The translations under genes and the position numbers were made by a program. From the NCBI GenBank assembly GCA_947474275.1, contig CANJHY010000003.1, forward strand, positions 705 through 64,704: DNA of 64,000 bases, given 5' to 3'. Position 1 is the first letter of the stretch. Every line of letters starts with the position of its first letter. This DNA is from Betaproteobacteria bacterium. Its GTDB lineage: Bacteria > Pseudomonadota > Gammaproteobacteria > Burkholderiales > SG8-41. The notes beneath the pieces were generated by a model, which was not told where the DNA came from, ran no database searches, and was given only the letters and a program-made list of their open reading frames with translations. This document shows positions 39,456-51,309 of this stretch, piece by piece.

Positions 39456-39510
39456 GTGCGGTGTCGCCGAATCCCGGATATCATCGCGGCTTTTCAGCGG
39501 CGGGCTGCGT

Positions 39511-40074
39511 TTGGAAGCTTTTTTGACCTCGACACTGGTGGTTGCGCTCGCCGAAATCGGCGACAAAACGCAACTGCTGTCCTTGTTGCTGGCGGCGCGC
39601 TATAAGCGTCCTCTGCCGATAATTGCAGGCATCCTGGTGGCAACGCTCGCGAACCACTTCGTGGCGGGTGCCCTGGGTGCGTGGGTGAGTTCGCTCGTGG
39701 CGCCCGCAATGCTGCGCTGGATCGTCGGCGTGTCATTATTGGCGATTGCCGCGTGGACGCTGGTGCCGGATAAATTCGACGGCGAAGTAAAAGAGTCGAC
39801 GCGGTACGGGCTGTTCGCGCTGACGTGCGTGGTGTTTTTTATTGCGGAGATCGGCGACAAAACGCAGATTGCGACCATCGTGCTTGCCGCCAAGTACCAG
39901 TCATTGGTGGCGGTCGTGCTGGGCACTACGCTCGGCATGATGATAGCCAACGTGCCGGTAGTGTTTCTCGGCAGCGTTGCCTCGCGGCGTATTCCGTTCA
40001 GATTGGTGCGCACTGTGGCAGCGTTGCTGTTTGCCGTGCTGGGCGTGGCGGCGCTGCTCGGCGTCGGCGCGTGA
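39511..40074 (+). CDS. TMEM165/GDT1 (UPF0016) family Mn/Ca transporter
   Basis: Two AEIGDKTQ motifs; TTG start inferred. Confidence 0.9.
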   Translation: MEAFLTSTLVVALAEIGDKTQLLSLLLAARYKRPLPIIAGILVATLANHFVAGALGAWVSSLVAPAMLRWIVGVSLLAIAAWTLVPDKFDGEVKESTRYGLFALTCVVFFIAEIGDKTQIATIVLAAKYQSLVAVVLGTTLGMMIANVPVVFLGSVASRRIPFRLVRTVAALLFAVLGVAALLGVGA

Positions 40075-40095
40075 ATCCCCGGTCAAAAACAATTC

Positions 40096-40241
40096 ACCGC
40101 TAAGGACGCGAAGGAAGAGCAATAAGCAAAAGGGCCAAGAATTTAGCGCAATAGATTCAGGATCCACGACGGTCGGGAAATTTCCCCACTTTTAAATTGT
40201 TTCTCGTCGGGTGCCTTTGCGTCCTTCGCGTCCTTTGCGGT
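40096..40241. repeat. Intergenic element with 20-bp inverted repeats built from a 9-bp period (CGCRAAGGA)
   Basis: ACCGCTAAGGACGCGAAGGA vs reverse complement of 40222-40241: 19/20. Confidence 0.8.
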
Positions 40242-40262
40242 TCAAGATTCAGATTCAAAAAT

Positions 40263-40290
40263 AAAAAAAGCAGCCGCAGCTGCTTTTTTT
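40263..40290. terminator. Bidirectional rho-independent terminator after rpmE
   Basis: A7-GCAGC-cgca-GCTGC-T7. Confidence 0.85.
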
Positions 40291-40308
40291 AATTGACGTG
40301 AAAACCGC

Positions 40309-40545
40309 TTACGCAGTGGTTGCTGACTTGCCTTTGGAAGTCGGCTTGTGCGCGTATTTCTGCTTGAATTTCTCGACGCGTCCCGCGGTATCGACGATCT
40401 TCTGCTTGCCAGTGTAGAACGGATGGCATTCCGCACAGACTTCGATATGCAGGTCCTTGGCCATGGTCGAGCGCGTTTTGAACGAGCTGCCGCAACTGCA
40501 GATAACGCTTATCTCTTTGTATTCAGGATGAATTTTTTCTTTCAT
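40309..40545 (-). CDS. rpmE: 50S ribosomal protein L31 (zinc-binding type)
   Basis: [25 protein letters not shown]; AAGGAG RBS. Confidence 0.97.
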   Translation of the reverse strand: MKEKIHPEYKEISVICSCGSSFKTRSTMAKDLHIEVCAECHPFYTGKQKIVDTAGRVEKFKQKYAHKPTSKGKSATTA

Positions 40546-40622
40546 CGGAGTGCTCCTTGTGTCGCGTGTTAGGCGCGAAAGGCGCGGATTATCCGCTAAA
40601 TAGCGGGGTGTGGCAAGCCGCG

Positions 40623-41102
40623 TTATAAACCGGGTATGCCGGTCCGCGACTGGCCGGGCCGCCAGGTTTCGAGCAGGGTGCAACATTGCGTAATGACCCG
40701 CTTGGCGGCGTCCGCCGGCACGCTGCGGAAAATCGTGGTGTGGTCTGATTCCGATTCGCCGAGCACCTGCATTTCGACGAAGTAAACACCTTCTTCCCGG
40801 GTGTCGACGTCGATGCGCCCCATGTCATTGCCGGCGACGCCGATGCGGTTGCGCCCGGGACGTACCGCCACCCGGAAGTAGGTGCGAGGCACCGTTTGCC
40901 CCACCAGCCGGTCGTTGATCCAGATGGTAGCAACGCCGCCGCGCTGGTCGCCGCGGTAGAGGTAAATGATCGCGCCTCGTAGCGCCGGGTCGAAGCGCTT
41001 GGCGTCCGCGTCTTTCTCGGGTGACGCTTCGGGCGTGGCTGCGCAGCCGCCCAGCAAGGCCAGCAGCAGGAGCAGCGACAGGGATTTCAGGAAGCCTAGC
41101 AT
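40623..41102 (-). CDS. DUF2846-like lipoprotein
   Basis: Lipobox LGGC, DADAKRF, IYLYR. Confidence 0.75.
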   Translation of the reverse strand: MLGFLKSLSLLLLLALLGGCAATPEASPEKDADAKRFDPALRGAIIYLYRGDQRGGVATIWINDRLVGQTVPRTYFRVAVRPGRNRIGVAGNDMGRIDVDTREEGVYFVEMQVLGESESDHTTIFRSVPADAAKRVITQCCTLLETWRPGQSRTGIPGL

Positions 41103-41184
41103 GGCTGCAAATCCTGGTGGATTACAGGTGGTGATCCAACTGCAGGGCTAAGAATTTCATCGGAGCACGGTCTGCGCGTTAACG

Positions 41185-41311
41185 CTAACCCCTGCGCATT
41201 GAGTCGAAAAAGTAGCCCTGTGACCCGTTAGCCGCAGGCCCGCTTGCGGGAACAGGGCCGTGATTTTTTCGTTCCAGAGAGGCATATCGAAGTGTGGACT
41301 TGAAATTACTA

Positions 41312-41338
<27 letters not shown>
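41185..41338. repeat. 27-bp perfect direct repeat of the rho 3' end (41185-41211 and 41312-41338) flanking a 100-bp spacer
   Basis: CTAACCCCTGCGCATTGAGTCGAAAAA occurs twice. Confidence 0.92.
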
Positions 41339-42571
<1,233 letters not shown>

Positions 42572-42709
42572 AGGGTATAGATACAGTGAGGGCGGGGCTC
42601 GGCTACGGGGACTGCGGGAAAGTTGGGCGGGCGGAGCGCAGTTTGCGCTCTTCCGGCATGCCCCCGAGTGGGTCAGGCTGCCGGATAATTTGAACCTAGA
42701 TTAACCAGT

Positions 42710-43036
42710 TCAGATATTGCTGTCAATAAACGCCATGAGTTGGGATTTTGAGAGGGCGCCGACCTTGGTCGCCGCCAGAGTGCCGTTCTTGAACAGCATC
42801 AGGGTAGGGATGCCGCGGATGCCGTATTTTGGGGGGGTGGCCTGGTTCTCGTCGATGTTCAGTTTGGCGACTTTCAACTTGCCTGCGTAGTCCTTGGCGA
42901 TGTCGTCGAGCAGCGGCGCTATCATTTTGCAGGGGCCGCACCATTCGGCCCAGTAATCGACCAGCACGGGCTTGTCGGCTTGCAGCACTTCCGGTTCGAA
43001 AGTGTCGTCGGTCACGTGATGGATATGTTCGCTCAT
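42710..43036 (-). CDS. trxA: Thioredoxin
   Basis: WCGPC; canonical trxA-rho order. Confidence 0.98.
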   Translation of the reverse strand: MSEHIHHVTDDTFEPEVLQADKPVLVDYWAEWCGPCKMIAPLLDDIAKDYAGKLKVAKLNIDENQATPPKYGIRGIPTLMLFKNGTLAATKVGALSKSQLMAFIDSNI

Positions 43037-43271
43037 GCTGTGTGCTCCTGCTGCTGGGGTGCGGGGAATGTCGCCGTGATGCGCGCGGGCGGAGAGGGGT
43101 AGATGGCGCGTATGCTAACCAAAAACCGCAAGTTTGTGAAGCATCGCCCCGGCGGCCGAGGGCGGCGAGATTGTTTCTGCTAAAATGGCGCCCTTCAACC
43201 GGTCGCGGGCGGCATTCATTGTGTGCGTCGACCCCTCGCGCAAGAACTGGCTGGATTAGCCAAGGATTACC

Positions 43272-43595
43272 ATGACTTACGTCGTTACCGAAACCTGTAT
43301 CAAGTGCAAATACACCGACTGTGTAGATGTGTGCCCGGTGGATTGCTTTCGCGAAGGCCCGAATTTCCTCGTCATCGATCCCGATGAATGCATCGACTGC
43401 ACGTTGTGCGTCGCCGAGTGCCCGGTCGAAGCCATCTTTGCCGAAGACGACGTGCCTGACAGCCAGAAAGAGTTTACCGCTCTCAACGCCGAACTCTCCA
43501 AGGTCTGGCCGGCTATCATCGAGAAGAAAGACGGGCCGCCGGACGCTGCTGAATGGGAAAAGGTAAAAGAGAAGAAGCATCTTCTCGAGAAATAG
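43272..43595 (+). CDS. fdxA: 7Fe ferredoxin
   Basis: [30 protein letters not shown]. Confidence 0.95.
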   Translation: MTYVVTETCIKCKYTDCVDVCPVDCFREGPNFLVIDPDECIDCTLCVAECPVEAIFAEDDVPDSQKEFTALNAELSKVWPAIIEKKDGPPDAAEWEKVKEKKHLLEK

Positions 43596-43660
43596 TAGGT
43601 CCTGAACGTCGCCTGAGTAATCCACACCACGGCGTGATGTAGCGACTGTTCGGCGCTATC

Positions 43661-46381
43661 ATGCGCCGGATGCCCGCCGAAGCCGCTTTCCCGCAACTCA
43701 CCAAAGCCGACGTTTTTGCGCGCCTCGCTGAAGGCGTGCAGGGCGGCGTTACCGTTGTTACGCCCAACCGCCGGCTGGCGCAGGAACTCGTGCGTGAGTT
43801 CGACGCTGAACGCGCGGCGAGTGGTCTGCAGGCGTGGGAGGCGGCGGACATACTGCCGATCGGCACTCTGGTAGAACGCTGGTGGGAGAGCGCGGTTTAT
43901 TCCGGGCTGGAAGACGTCCCGTCTTTGCTGTCCCCGGCGCAGGAGCAGGCGCTGTGGGAAGAAATCGTCGACGCCAGTCTGTGGAGTGCGCAATTGCTGA
44001 CGCCAGCGCGCGCGGCGGCGCAGTGCCGCGATGCGTGGCGCATCGCACACGCATGGCGCATCGCGGGCGCGCTCGGCAAATTTCCCGGCACCGACGACGC
44101 AGCCGCGTTCACAGAATGGGCGCAGACCTATACGAAGCGCACCGCGCGCGAAGTTGATGCCGCGCGTTTGCCCGACCGCGTGGCGCAGTCACTCAACTCC
44201 CCCGCGCTTGCCAAACCGCGTTTGCTCGTTGCCTACGCATTCGACATCGTGCCGCCGCAGACCGCGGAGTTTTTCCGTGCCTGCAGTGCCGTGGGTGTCG
44301 AAATCGCGCAGTGCGGGCCGCGCAAAAAAGATGCGGCGGCCGTCCGTGTCACCCGCGCCTCTTCGCGCGACGAGCTTGAGGCCGCTGCGCAATGGGCGCG
44401 CGCGCGGCTGGAAGCGGCGCATTCGCAGTCGGCGCCGCAACAGTTGGTCAACTATCCGCGCATCGCGGTCGTCGTGCCGGACCTGGAACTGCGCCGGCAG
44501 GAAGTCGCGCGTGTTTTCGCGCGCGTCATGCAGCCGGGCTGGAACCTGCCGGGCGCCGAAGCGCTGCCGCTGCCGTTCAACATTTCGATCGGCGTGCCGC
44601 TTGCCACCTATCCGCTCGCGCATGCGGCGCTCGGCTTGCTCGCGATCGCCGCCGGCGAAGTCGATTTTGTGCTGGCGAGCAGGCTTATGCGTTCGCCGTT
44701 TGTCGCGGGGGCGGACCGCGAGTTCGCGCGCCGCGCGCGGCTGGATGCGGACTTGCGTGAAACGTTGCCGGCACGCGTCACGCTGGTGAAAATCGTCGGC
44801 GCGGTCGAAGGCAGTCCGCTGCTGCGCGAGCGGTTCGAGGCCATGTACAACTACGCGAGCGGCAACCTTGCCGGCATGCAGTCGCCGCACGCGTGGGCGC
44901 GGCATTTTTCTGCATTGCTCGAAGCTGCGGGTTTTCCGGGCGAGCGCGTGCTCGATTCAGCCGAATTCCAGACCCGGGTGAAGTGGTACGAGGTGCTCGG
45001 CGAATTCGCGCTACTCGAACGCGTGGTGCCGCGCATGAACTGCCAGCAGGCACTGGGGCGTTTGCGCCGGCTGTGCGCCGACACCTTGTTTCAGCCGGAA
45101 TCCGGCACGGCGCCGGTGCAAATCCTCGGCATACTCGAATCCGCGGGCCTCGAGTTCGATCATTTGTGGGTGAGCGGGCTTACCGACGACGCGTGGCCGC
45201 TGGCCGCGCGCCCCAATCCGTTCATCCCGGTCGCGCTGCAGAAAAAGGCGGGCATACCCGAAGCCGGCGCCGATACCGCGCTGGTGCTCGACCGGCGCAT
45301 TACAGAAGACTGGCTGCATGCGGCTGACGAAGTCGTGGTGTCGCATCCATTGCGCGAAAAAGACCGCGATTTGCTGCCGAGCGCGCTGATTGCCGGTGTC
45401 GCGCCCGGCGATGTCGATCTGCCGCATTACCCGCACTATCGCGATGTATTGCACGCGGCGCGCGCACTCGAAAGCGTAGTCGATGGCGTCGCGCCGCGGT
45501 ATGCCGCGCTCGAAGTGCGGGGCGGCACGCGAGTGCTCGCCGACCAGGCTGCCTGTCCGTTTCGCGCTTTTGCGCGCCACCGGCTGGGCGCGCAGGGCAT
45601 AGCCGAACCCACAGACGGACTCGATGCGCGCGACCGCGGCAACCTTTTGCACGCACTGATGGCGCAATTGTGGGAAGCGTTGCGCACCAAGTCGCGTTTG
45701 GATTCGATGGCGCCCGACGAACTCGCTGGCGCTATCGACGACGCGGCGAAGGTTGCGGTGGCGAAAGTACACGCGCAGCGCGCTGGTGTGCTCGACGGGC
45801 GGTTGGCTGAACTCGAGCGCGGCCGTCTGGCGCGCCTCGCGCGGGAATGGCTCGCGGTGGAGGGCGCGCGCGGGGAATTCGAGGTGGTCGCGCGCGAGGA
45901 GCGCCGCACGCTGAAAGTCGCGGGACTCACTTATACCGGACGTATCGACCGCATGGATCGCCTGCCCGACGGCAGCGGCGTGTTGATCGATTACAAAACG
46001 GGACGCGCAACCCCTAACGAATGGCTGGGCGAACGTCCGGACGATCCGCAGCTTCCGCTCTATGCGATCGCGGCGCAGGAAGACATTGCCGCGGTTGCGT
46101 TCGCGCGCATCAAGACGGGCGGCATGCGTTTCATGGGCTTCACGCGCGAGGCGGACGTGCTGCCGAAAGCAAAGCATGCCGAATCGTGGGCGGGGCTGCT
46201 CGACCAATGGCGGCGCGAACTGGAATCGCTCGGCGGCGAATTCGCGCAAGGCGCGGCCGCGGTCGATCCCAAGCGCGGCCTCAAGACCTGCCGCCACTGC
46301 GACCTGCAGCCGTTGTGCCGCGTGCATGAGCGCATCGCGGCAATGGAAGACGAAACCGACGACGAGGACGAAGAAGAATGA
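43661..46381 (+). CDS. AddB-like PD-(D/E)XK nuclease with Fe-S staple cysteines
   Basis: ACPFRAF, GRIDRMD, IDYKTG, QLPLY, CRHCDLQPLC; start may be 43670. Confidence 0.88.
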   Translation: MRRMPAEAAFPQLTKADVFARLAEGVQGGVTVVTPNRRLAQELVREFDAERAASGLQAWEAADILPIGTLVERWWESAVYSGLEDVPSLLSPAQEQALWEEIVDASLWSAQLLTPARAAAQCRDAWRIAHAWRIAGALGKFPGTDDAAAFTEWAQTYTKRTAREVDAARLPDRVAQSLNSPALAKPRLLVAYAFDIVPPQTAEFFRACSAVGVEIAQCGPRKKDAAAVRVTRASSRDELEAAAQWARARLEAAHSQSAPQQLVNYPRIAVVVPDLELRRQEVARVFARVMQPGWNLPGAEALPLPFNISIGVPLATYPLAHAALGLLAIAAGEVDFVLASRLMRSPFVAGADREFARRARLDADLRETLPARVTLVKIVGAVEGSPLLRERFEAMYNYASGNLAGMQSPHAWARHFSALLEAAGFPGERVLDSAEFQTRVKWYEVLGEFALLERVVPRMNCQQALGRLRRLCADTLFQPESGTAPVQILGILESAGLEFDHLWVSGLTDDAWPLAARPNPFIPVALQKKAGIPEAGADTALVLDRRITEDWLHAADEVVVSHPLREKDRDLLPSALIAGVAPGDVDLPHYPHYRDVLHAARALESVVDGVAPRYAALEVRGGTRVLADQAACPFRAFARHRLGAQGIAEPTDGLDARDRGNLLHALMAQLWEALRTKSRLDSMAPDELAGAIDDAAKVAVAKVHAQRAGVLDGRLAELERGRLARLAREWLAVEGARGEFEVVAREERRTLKVAGLTYTGRIDRMDRLPDGSGVLIDYKTGRATPNEWLGERPDDPQLPLYAIAAQEDIAAVAFARIKTGGMRFMGFTREADVLPKAKHAESWAGLLDQWRRELESLGGEFAQGAAAVDPKRGLKTCRHCDLQPLCRVHERIAAMEDETDDEDEEE

Positions 46382-49300
46382 GTGCGGGCGACATCGTGCA
46401 ATCCGGCATCGCCGACGCGCGCGAGCGCGCAGATGCGCTCGACCCGCGCCACTCGTTCATCGTGCAGGCGCCCGCCGGCTCGGGCAAGACTGAATTGCTG
46501 GTGCAGCGCTATCTGCGGTTGCTCGCCACCGTCGAACGGCCGGAGGAAATTCTCGCCATTACCTTTACGCGCAAGGCCGCGGCAGAAATGAAGCGGCGGG
46601 TTTTGCAGGGGCTGCCTTCCGTGCTTGCGCCTGAACGGATTGCGGACATCGCGCCGCGCTTGCGCGTGCAGACCATAGACGCGTTGTGCGCATCGCTTAC
46701 GCGCCAGATGCCGATACTCGCGCGTTTCGGCGCGCAGCCGGACATCGTCGACGACGCGCGCGAACTCTACTTTGATGCGGCGCGCCGCGTGCTCGCACTC
46801 GAACCGCCGAATGCGCCGGCAGAACGTTTGCTCGCCCACCTCGACAACAATCTCGACATTGCGCGCGGCCTCATGGCCGACATGCTGAAACGCCGCGACC
46901 AATGGGTGCGCAAGACCGGCGGCGCGCCGGGCCGCGCCGAACTCGAAGCGGTGTTTGCAGCGGAGCGCGAACGTTTATTGGCGCGCGCGCGCGAACTGCA
47001 TCCGGCGGCGTCCGAGGATTTCGCGAATGAAGTGCTGACCAAGAAAGGCGAATGGCGCAAGCGCAACAAGGCCGCGCAGGCGCTCGATGGCAACGAGCCG
47101 TTGCGGCTTGCGCTCGTTGCACTGCAGGCACTGCCGCCGGCGGCATACACGGAGACGCAATGGGAAGCGCTGAGCGCGATGCTGGAACTGCTGCCGCGCG
47201 CGGTGGCCGAACTGACCGTCGTGTTCGGCGAGCGCGGGCAGGCCGATTTCACCGAAATCGCGCAGGGCGCGGTGCGCGCGCTGGGCGACCCCGAGGCGCC
47301 GACCGATCTGCTGCTGGCGCTCGACGTGCGCATCAAGCACATACTCGTCGACGAATTCCAGGACACTTCGATCAGCCAGTGGGAATTGCTCAAGTGCCTC
47401 ACCGCCGGCTGGCAGGCGGGCGACGACGGCCGCACGGTATTTGCGGTCGGCGATCCGATGCAGTCGATCTATCGATTTCGCGAGGCCGAAGTCAGGCTGT
47501 TCCTGCAAGCGTGGCATGCAGGGCTCACCAGCGTGCCGCTGGTCCCGTTGCGCCTGGCGACCAATTTCCGTTCCGAGGCCGGCATCGTCGATTGGGTGAA
47601 CGCGACTTTCCCTGAAGTGCTGCCCGCCGAAGAGGATGAAACTTCCGGCGCGGTGCCGTACGCGCCGTCGGTTGCGCATCACGCCGCGACCGCGGGCGAC
47701 GCCGTGCAATGGCATCTTTTCGACGAGCGCGCCGACGAAGCGCAGCGCGTGGTCGAGATCGCGCGGGCGGCGCGTGCCGCGGATGCGAATGGATCGATCG
47801 CCATACTGGTGCGCAACCGCAGCCATCTCGATTACATCGTGCCGGCGCTGCAGCAGGCCGGTGTGCGCTATCGCGCGGTCGAAATCGAGCGGCTGGGTCA
47901 AAAGCAGGTAGTGCAGGACTTATACGCATTGACGCGCGCGCTGGCGCATCCCGCTGATCGCGCGGCGTGGCTCGCGGTATTGCGTGCGCCGTGGTGCGGA
48001 TTGTCGCCCGTGCAGCTCGCCGCACTCGTCGAAGGCGTTCGCAACACGTTATGGGAAGCGATGAACGATGCGGAGCGCATTGCACTGCTCGATGACGACG
48101 CGCGCAGCCGGCTCGAACGCGTGCGCGGCGTGCTCGATGCGGCCCGCGCGCAGCGCCTGCGCGGCAATCTGCGCGATCGCGTCGAAGGCGTGTGGCTGGC
48201 ACTCGGCGGGCCGGCGTGCTGCAGCAATGCCACCGAACTCGAAGACGCCGAAATTTTCTTCGACGTGCTGGCGGACGAAGACGATGCGGGCGATCTTGCC
48301 GCGCACAGCGCGTTGGCGGAGAGCCTCGCCGGAATTTATGCGTTGCCGGACATGAATGCCGGTGACGATGCAATCGAAATCATGACCGTGCACAAGGCGA
48401 AGGGGCTGGAGTTCGACACCGTCATCATGCCGGGGCTCGATCGCCGGCAGCGTCACGGTGATCCGCCGCTCATCATCTGGAAGTCGCTGGCGGAAAAGGC
48501 CCTCCTGCTCGCGCCGATACGCGAGGCGGGTGCGGCGAAAGATGCCGCCTATGAATACGTGCGCAGTCTCGAACGCGATGCCGAGGACATCGAGGCCGGG
48601 CGCCTGTTCTATGTGGCGGCGACGCGCGCCGCTTCGCGTCTGCATTTGACCGGATGCATCAGGCGCGACGACCACGGCGAGGCCAAGCCGCCGATGAAGC
48701 GGACCTTGCTGAGCAAAGTCTGGGCTATTGCGTCGGCGCACGTGGGTCCGGCACAGGCGCCGCACGCGGCCACTGCTGCGACTGCCGTGCCGCCGCAGAC
48801 TTTCAAACGTTTTGCGCCAGGATTTGTGTTGCCGGATTCGCCGCCGGCCGCGCAATGGCAGGCGCCGGCCGCCAGCGCGCAGGACAACGAGGTAATCGAA
48901 TTTTCATGGGCGGGAGAAATGGCACGGCATGTCGGCACCGTCGTGCACCGCTGGCTGCAACGCCTCGCGGACGACGCGCTTGAAGGCTGGACTCCTGCCC
49001 GCATAGAGGCGCTGCGACCGCGGCTCGCGCGCGAACTCGAGCGCCGTGGCGTACGCCCGGCGGATTGCACAGAAGCCACCGCGCGCGTCGTGCGTGCTCT
49101 GGTGCAGACGCTGAACGACGAACGCGGCCGCTGGCTGCTCGGCCCGCGCGCCGATGCGCGCAGCGAGTACCGTCTGCGACGCATGGTCGGCAACGTCCTG
49201 CATAGCTATGTGATCGACCGCACTTTTCGCGACGACGACGGCAAGCGCTGGATTGCGGACTACAAGACCAGCAGCCACGAAGGCAGCGCCGTCGACGCGT

Positions 49301-49428
49301 TTCTCGACCGTGAGCGCATACGCTATGAAGCGCAGCTCGCGCGCTACGCCGCCGCGCTCGGCGAGCCTGACACCATGCTGGGATTATATTTTCCGCTGCT
49401 CGGCGGCTGGCGCGAGTGGTGGCATTGA
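46378..49428 (+). CDS. AddA-like UvrD helicase/nuclease
   Basis: APAGSGKT, VDEFQD, VGDPMQSIYRFR, TVHKAKGLEF, YVAATRA, DYKT; ATGA overlap with upstream gene. Confidence 0.92.
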   Translation: MSAGDIVQSGIADARERADALDPRHSFIVQAPAGSGKTELLVQRYLRLLATVERPEEILAITFTRKAAAEMKRRVLQGLPSVLAPERIADIAPRLRVQTIDALCASLTRQMPILARFGAQPDIVDDARELYFDAARRVLALEPPNAPAERLLAHLDNNLDIARGLMADMLKRRDQWVRKTGGAPGRAELEAVFAAERERLLARARELHPAASEDFANEVLTKKGEWRKRNKAAQALDGNEPLRLALVALQALPPAAYTETQWEALSAMLELLPRAVAELTVVFGERGQADFTEIAQGAVRALGDPEAPTDLLLALDVRIKHILVDEFQDTSISQWELLKCLTAGWQAGDDGRTVFAVGDPMQSIYRFREAEVRLFLQAWHAGLTSVPLVPLRLATNFRSEAGIVDWVNATFPEVLPAEEDETSGAVPYAPSVAHHAATAGDAVQWHLFDERADEAQRVVEIARAARAADANGSIAILVRNRSHLDYIVPALQQAGVRYRAVEIERLGQKQVVQDLYALTRALAHPADRAAWLAVLRAPWCGLSPVQLAALVEGVRNTLWEAMNDAERIALLDDDARSRLERVRGVLDAARAQRLRGNLRDRVEGVWLALGGPACCSNATELEDAEIFFDVLADEDDAGDLAAHSALAESLAGIYALPDMNAGDDAIEIMTVHKAKGLEFDTVIMPGLDRRQRHGDPPLIIWKSLAEKALLLAPIREAGAAKDAAYEYVRSLERDAEDIEAGRLFYVAATRAASRLHLTGCIRRDDHGEAKPPMKRTLLSKVWAIASAHVGPAQAPHAATAATAVPPQTFKRFAPGFVLPDSPPAAQWQAPAASAQDNEVIEFSWAGEMARHVGTVVHRWLQRLADDALEGWTPARIEALRPRLARELERRGVRPADCTEATARVVRALVQTLNDERGRWLLGPRADARSEYRLRRMVGNVLHSYVIDRTFRDDDGKRWIADYKTSSHEGSAVDAFLDRERIRYEAQLARYAAALGEPDTMLGLYFPLLGGWREWWH

Positions 49429-49442
49429 TTTTGTAACTCTGC

Positions 49443-50279
49443 TCAGTCGCAGCGGTTGGCTTCCATGCTGCGCCGGATGCGTGTTTCGGCGGCGCGCGAG
49501 AAAGGTGTCGCGTAATTGAGGTTGCTCAGGCGGATTTCGTCCGCCGTCACCAGGCCGCTGCGACCTTCAGGCTTGGCGGAATTGATGGCGACAAGGATGT
49601 CGCCACGGTCTGAAGTCTGCAGCGTAACCGGTCCGCCCGACTGTCCTTCTGTCATCGAACACGCCATGCGCCAGCGGCGGTCCTGGTCGACTCGCGCGAG
49701 ACGGCAACCGACATGCGCCATGAGGTCGGGTGACTGTCCCGGGTAGCCCGCGGATATGAGTTGCTTGTCCACGATTGCGGCGGGTGGCGCCGCGACAAAG
49801 TCAAAGTAGCCGACCTGTTCGCCCAGCTTGTTGCTCCGGTTAGTCTTCGGATCGATGAGTTTGACGAGCGCCCAGTCGTCGACGGTATCGCGCTCCGCCC
49901 AGAAGGCGCCGGCATCCACAATGCGGCCGACCGCTTTGTATGCGAAGCCCGCGGCCTTGGCGGGGCGCTGTCCGACTTCGAACAGGACTTCCTTGCGGCT
50001 CGCTTCGAATGCAACGTGGTAATTCGTCAGCACGTGGCAGGGTGAAATCATCGCGCCGGTGCCGCGGTATTTGCTCATAACCTGGATGCCGTCGGTCTGC
50101 GCAATCGGATACACCACGCCGACCGCTTTGAATTGCCGGTAACCCGGATCTAGACGGTTGATAAGTACCCGCGGGTCGGCGCCCTGCGGCGCCTGCGCCC
50201 AGCAGGCCGCGCCAGTCAGGACGAGGGTGAGGAATCCGCCAACATGAAACCAGCATCGCACAACGGTGTTCGCTTTCAC
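49443..50279 (-). CDS. Secreted trypsin-like serine protease
   Basis: TNYHV, DDWAL, GQSGGP catalytic triad motifs; start uncertain (GTG 50279). Confidence 0.75.
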   Translation of the reverse strand: MKANTVVRCWFHVGGFLTLVLTGAACWAQAPQGADPRVLINRLDPGYRQFKAVGVVYPIAQTDGIQVMSKYRGTGAMISPCHVLTNYHVAFEASRKEVLFEVGQRPAKAAGFAYKAVGRIVDAGAFWAERDTVDDWALVKLIDPKTNRSNKLGEQVGYFDFVAAPPAAIVDKQLISAGYPGQSPDLMAHVGCRLARVDQDRRWRMACSMTEGQSGGPVTLQTSDRGDILVAINSAKPEGRSGLVTADEIRLSNLNYATPFSRAAETRIRRSMEANRCD

Positions 50280-50314
50280 GTGCGGCTGGCTTTGTGCCGC
50301 GCGCGGGGTCACGT

Positions 50315-51274
50315 CTATCCGGCGATGACCGGGTCGCCCTTGACCACCGTGCGGTAGAGCACGCGCGGCTGCGTTGCATCGACTTCCGAGCGGTAATGCA
50401 TGCAGCAACGGTTATCCCACAGCACGAGATCGCCGACGCGCCACTTGTGACCCCAGGAATATTTTACCTGCGTGGCATGCGCCCACAGTTTGTCGAGCAG
50501 CGCTTCACTGTCGTCGTTCGACATGCCGATGATGTAATTCGACGGCCAGTCGCGCCGGCGGCCAAGATACAACGCGCGTTTTTTGGTAACGGGATGCACG
50601 CGCACCAGCGGATGCGCCGGCCCCGGCACTTCTTCGGGTTTGGTCGGCAGCTTCACGGTGGGGCGCAGCACGCCCGCGCTATTGCGCGTGGAATCATGGA
50701 TCTGCGATTTGCCTGCGATCGCGTGCTTCAAGTCGGCGGGCAGTTCGTCGTAAGCGAGGTATTGGTTGCTGAAATGTGTATCGCCGCCGCCGTTCTCGGG
50801 GATGACCACGGCGTACAGCATGCTGCCGGCGGGCGGCACTTCGACGTACGAATTGTCGCTGTGCCAGATGACTTCATAGCTGCCGAGCGTGCCGTTGTCT
50901 TTGACCGGTTGGCCGTTCTCATCGAGGTTGGAGATCAGGCTCACGTGCGAATGCAGCGGCACGATCTTGCCGCCTATTTTGTAACCACCGGCGACCTGGT
51001 ACTTGCGCGCCGCGGGCTCCTTGGTGACGCCGAATATCCCGGCCGCTTCAAGGAAGGAAATATCCGGTAGTTTCTGGTCGCGCCACAACAGCACGCCGTG
51101 ATCGGCCCACGCCTGGCGCATCAAAGCCCTGGTTGCTTCAGGTACCGGCTGCGAGAGATCGACGCCGCGGATTTCCGCGCCGACGGCGGCGCCGCTCGGC
51201 ACGACCTGCAGATTTTCCGGCGCGTTCACGCCCGCCCCGGATTGCGCTGTTTTTCTTTCAAGGTTCGCTGCCAT
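50315..51274 (-). CDS. TauD/TfdA family dioxygenase
   Basis: WHSDNSY, WDNRCCMHYR; GAGGAG RBS. Confidence 0.92.
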   Translation of the reverse strand: MAANLERKTAQSGAGVNAPENLQVVPSGAAVGAEIRGVDLSQPVPEATRALMRQAWADHGVLLWRDQKLPDISFLEAAGIFGVTKEPAARKYQVAGGYKIGGKIVPLHSHVSLISNLDENGQPVKDNGTLGSYEVIWHSDNSYVEVPPAGSMLYAVVIPENGGGDTHFSNQYLAYDELPADLKHAIAGKSQIHDSTRNSAGVLRPTVKLPTKPEEVPGPAHPLVRVHPVTKKRALYLGRRRDWPSNYIIGMSNDDSEALLDKLWAHATQVKYSWGHKWRVGDLVLWDNRCCMHYRSEVDATQPRVLYRTVVKGDPVIAG

Positions 51275-51309
51275 GTAGTTCTCCTCAATCCAATCAACCG
51301 TTGACTATC

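Noticed and set aside
39456-39510. yybP-ykoY manganese riboswitch upstream of the UPF0016 gene
   Set aside because: Only about 55 bp are available after the terminator and no recognisable aptamer motifs are present
43661-49428. Helicase-nuclease pair as a novel defence system
   Set aside because: Motifs, Fe-S staple and location near trxA-rho fit housekeeping AddAB-type repair
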